Below the pieces are notes generated by a model. It saw only the letters and a program-made list of their open reading frames with translations, was not told the origin of the DNA and did not search any database. From the IMG/VR virus record IMGVR_UViG_3300032092_000001: a DNA stretch of 64,000 nucleotides; one strand, written 5' to 3'. Below, one piece after another: positions 62,264 to 64,000 of this stretch (positions are counted from its first letter, which is position 1; each line of letters starts with the position of its first letter). Source of the DNA: a virus. Its lineage: Duplodnaviria; Caudoviricetes. A program made the translations under genes and the position numbers.

Positions 62264-62617
62264 TTATCTATTATATAACATTATCCCTAATCCAGTTCCT
62301 GTCAACGCAACTCCCGTTAACATCATTATTGGTCTTGTTGATTGAGTAATAAAGGGTCTATAAACCCATCCATTACTTGTCGGTCTTTTCCAAGCTTCTT
62401 TACCTTCATAAAGGTCCAATCCAACAACTGCAAGACCACCAATCACCATTGTTAATCCAACTTTACGATTATCGTCCTTGTCAGAAACCCATACGTCTTT
62501 TACCGATTGGATTGATTGTGGTTCAACATATAATTCAGGAGTTTTTACCTCGGATGACATTTGTCCGAACATTCCGATAGTTAGAAATACTAATAAGAAG
62601 GTTAATAGTTTTCTCAT
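62264..62617 (-). CDS. Secreted/membrane hypothetical protein (117 aa)
   Basis: Signal peptide plus two TM segments. Confidence 0.7.
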   Translation of the reverse strand: MRKLLTFLLVFLTIGMFGQMSSEVKTPELYVEPQSIQSVKDVWVSDKDDNRKVGLTMVIGGLAVVGLDLYEGKEAWKRPTSNGWVYRPFITQSTRPIMMLTGVALTGTGLGIMLYNR

Positions 62618-62751
62618 TGTTTTATTGTTTGGACGTTATCGTATGCCGCACATTTTGGATGTTTTGATACACAGGAAGTTGCCGCTCCGATTAAAAATCC
62701 GAGACACAATCCTGTTAAAATAGCGATTATTATTTTTTCAGTTCTTTTCAT
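62614..62751 (-). CDS. Small lipoprotein-like protein (45 aa)
   Basis: Hand-translated MKRTEKIIIAILTGLCLGFLIGAATSCVSKHPKCAAY... Confidence 0.55.
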   Translation of the reverse strand: MKRTEKIIIAILTGLCLGFLIGAATSCVSKHPKCAAYDNVQTIKQ

Positions 62752-62755
62752 AATA

Positions 62756-62956
62756 TTAGTTTTCAATAAACATAATTGTGTGGTTTATGGGTAGACGAAG
62801 AATCGGTAATGACTTTCCGTTTTCATCTTTTTGCATTAATTCATAGTACCCTTCTCTTACTTGTACTGTTGGTACATTTAGATAATTGTCAGTCATTTGA
62901 TTTCCGAAATCAACAAATGCTGTTTTGTCAGTTGTGTTAAATGTTAGTTTTATCAT
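62756..62956 (-). CDS. Hypothetical protein (66 aa)
   Basis: ORF track. Confidence 0.7.
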   Translation of the reverse strand: MIKLTFNTTDKTAFVDFGNQMTDNYLNVPTVQVREGYYELMQKDENGKSLPILRLPINHTIMFIEN

Positions 62957-62987
62957 GGTTTAAATATATCACTTTTCAAATGAATTG

Positions 62988-63842
62988 TCAATTTAAATAA
63001 TCCTCCATATTCATATTAAGGACTGTGTCAATGACTTCTTGCGGAACACGATACTCTTCATATTCTGAATCCTCACGCAATAATACGACAATACAACCAT
63101 ATAATCTAATGTTTTCGTATTTGGTTCCTTTCAACATATGTAAAAGTAACTTACCATATAAAGGTAATTGAACGTAGTAGTGACCTAATGCAGTATTTGG
63201 ATACTTTTCAAAAGGTTTATACATCGGTTTGGTAAAGTTATTTGATTGAAAGTTTTTAGGCTTATTCGTTTTCCAATCGGTTATTAATAATCCGAACTCA
63301 TCACCCTTCTTGTTAACCACTAACCAAATTTTGTCCGGCTGCCCCGTGTACTTTAAGTCTGGATGACCTAGCACCATTTCAGTATCAAGTAATACAACAT
63401 CTCTACTCTCCATTAATTTAAGATATTTGTTACCTGCACTAACCATACTATCACTTTTTAATATTTGAGTAAAATCACAATCAAATATCGGCTGTCTTAC
63501 TTCCTTATAATCCCCATACTTTTCAATAAGTTTTTTTTCCAAAATGTAATGAACCCTACTTCCCATATTGGTTGAGTAGTCACCAGCCGCAGCCCATTCC
63601 TCAATCAATTGTTGTTTAACAATTGGGTCTCCTTTTGATTTCTTTTCAGCCGCTTCGTCTGTTGGGAACTCAGGGTAAAACTTCTTTAATACTTTTGAAA
63701 CCGAGGGGAATGTGTTCTTAACTTCACCATCAGTATCTTTCATATAATAAGTGTGGGTGTCCTCAATAAAGGTCAACTCCAAGTCTTTTCTTTTCTCATC
63801 CAAGATTTCTCTAATCTCTTCAGCAATTTTTTTTAAATCCAT
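62988..63842 (-). CDS. PD-(D/E)XK exonuclease
   Basis: SVSKVL, GSRVH, GQPD, ITDWKTNK, YYVQLPLY. Confidence 0.85.
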   Translation of the reverse strand: MDLKKIAEEIREILDEKRKDLELTFIEDTHTYYMKDTDGEVKNTFPSVSKVLKKFYPEFPTDEAAEKKSKGDPIVKQQLIEEWAAAGDYSTNMGSRVHYILEKKLIEKYGDYKEVRQPIFDCDFTQILKSDSMVSAGNKYLKLMESRDVVLLDTEMVLGHPDLKYTGQPDKIWLVVNKKGDEFGLLITDWKTNKPKNFQSNNFTKPMYKPFEKYPNTALGHYYVQLPLYGKLLLHMLKGTKYENIRLYGCIVVLLREDSEYEEYRVPQEVIDTVLNMNMEDYLN

Positions 63843-63845
63843 TTC

Positions 63846-64000
63846 TTAATAATTCATTTGATAAAAATAATCTTCAATGTTACCCCTTAGTTCGGCAACA
63901 TCTTTGTCTTTCGGTAATTTTATAATTTTAACTCTCCCTCTTAACTTACCTCCATTAAGAGTGTTGTATAATTTTTTTGCGTTGTTCCAAGCATCTTCGT
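63846..64000 (-). CDS. DNA primase, C-terminal (TOPRIM) end, partial
   Basis: ...DAWNNAKKLY...VKIIKLPKDKDVAEL TOPRIM-type ending; start lies beyond the window. Confidence 0.65.
   Translation of the reverse strand, partial: EDAWNNAKKLYNTLNGGKLRGRVKIIKLPKDKDVAELRGNIEDYFYQMNY

Noticed and set aside
2157-62723. Many short ORF-track entries nested in or antisense to long genes (e.g. 2157-2420, 36509-36715, 46249-46632, 58021-59013)
   Set aside because: Fully overlapped by well-supported CDSs.
1-64000. CRISPR array
   Set aside because: No repeat-spacer periodicity. The 11-nt repeat at 3931-3986 has no spacers, and the ~105-bp-spaced repeats at 18313-18554 are promoters.
1-64000. Stop-codon recoding (TAG or TGA)
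   Set aside because: Recognisable genes are full length in the standard code, and no suppressor-anticodon tRNA was found.
1-64000. Bacterial chromosome, prophage or eukaryotic giant virus origin
   Set aside because: No integrase, att site or core housekeeping operons. Bacteroidota promoters, sigma-70, a peptidoglycan lysin and tail fibres point to a lytic bacteriophage.

Overview
AT-rich, densely coding segment of a large lytic tailed phage with T4-like (myovirus-type) organisation, almost certainly infecting a Bacteroidota host. The host call rests on repeated TAnnTTTG promoters, a T9SS type-B C-terminal-domain protein, a Bacteroidota-type RpoD-like sigma, ClpP and an Hc1-like protein. Layout: (1) 1-18.6 kb, mostly minus strand: accessory genes (denV-like glycosylase, clpP, SiaB-like kinase, HAD RNA-repair domain, rmlB-like dehydratase, GH19 endolysin), two normal tRNAs (Cys-GCA, Leu-TAG), four aberrant tRNA-like genes and four candidate structured ncRNAs. 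The standout is a ~900-nt GNRA-rich, pseudoknotted RNA (GOLLD/ROOL-like) at ~17365-18272, with three tandem host-type promoters, a boxA-like element and its own terminator. (2) 18.6-34 kb: NUDIX, DUF192, DHH/DHHA1 phosphoesterase, ferritin-like protein, two DNA methyltransferases, thioredoxin and glutaredoxin, PcfJ-like, DUF932 and LRR proteins. (3) 34.7-48 kb, plus strand: tail fibre / receptor-binding cassette. (4) 48-64 kb: DnaJ, Hc1-like protein, probable head-associated proteins, amidase, sigma factor, Rad50/Mre11-like pair, PD-(D/E)XK exonuclease and a primase 3' end. Window-wide patterns: a TATTTAT motif upstream of presumed late genes; about eleven unrelated proteins with a short N-terminal peptide ending in [ILF]-x-E, resembling T4 capsid-targeting and prohead-protease signals; and apparent absence of GATC. 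All family assignments come from motif recognition by eye; no searches were run.
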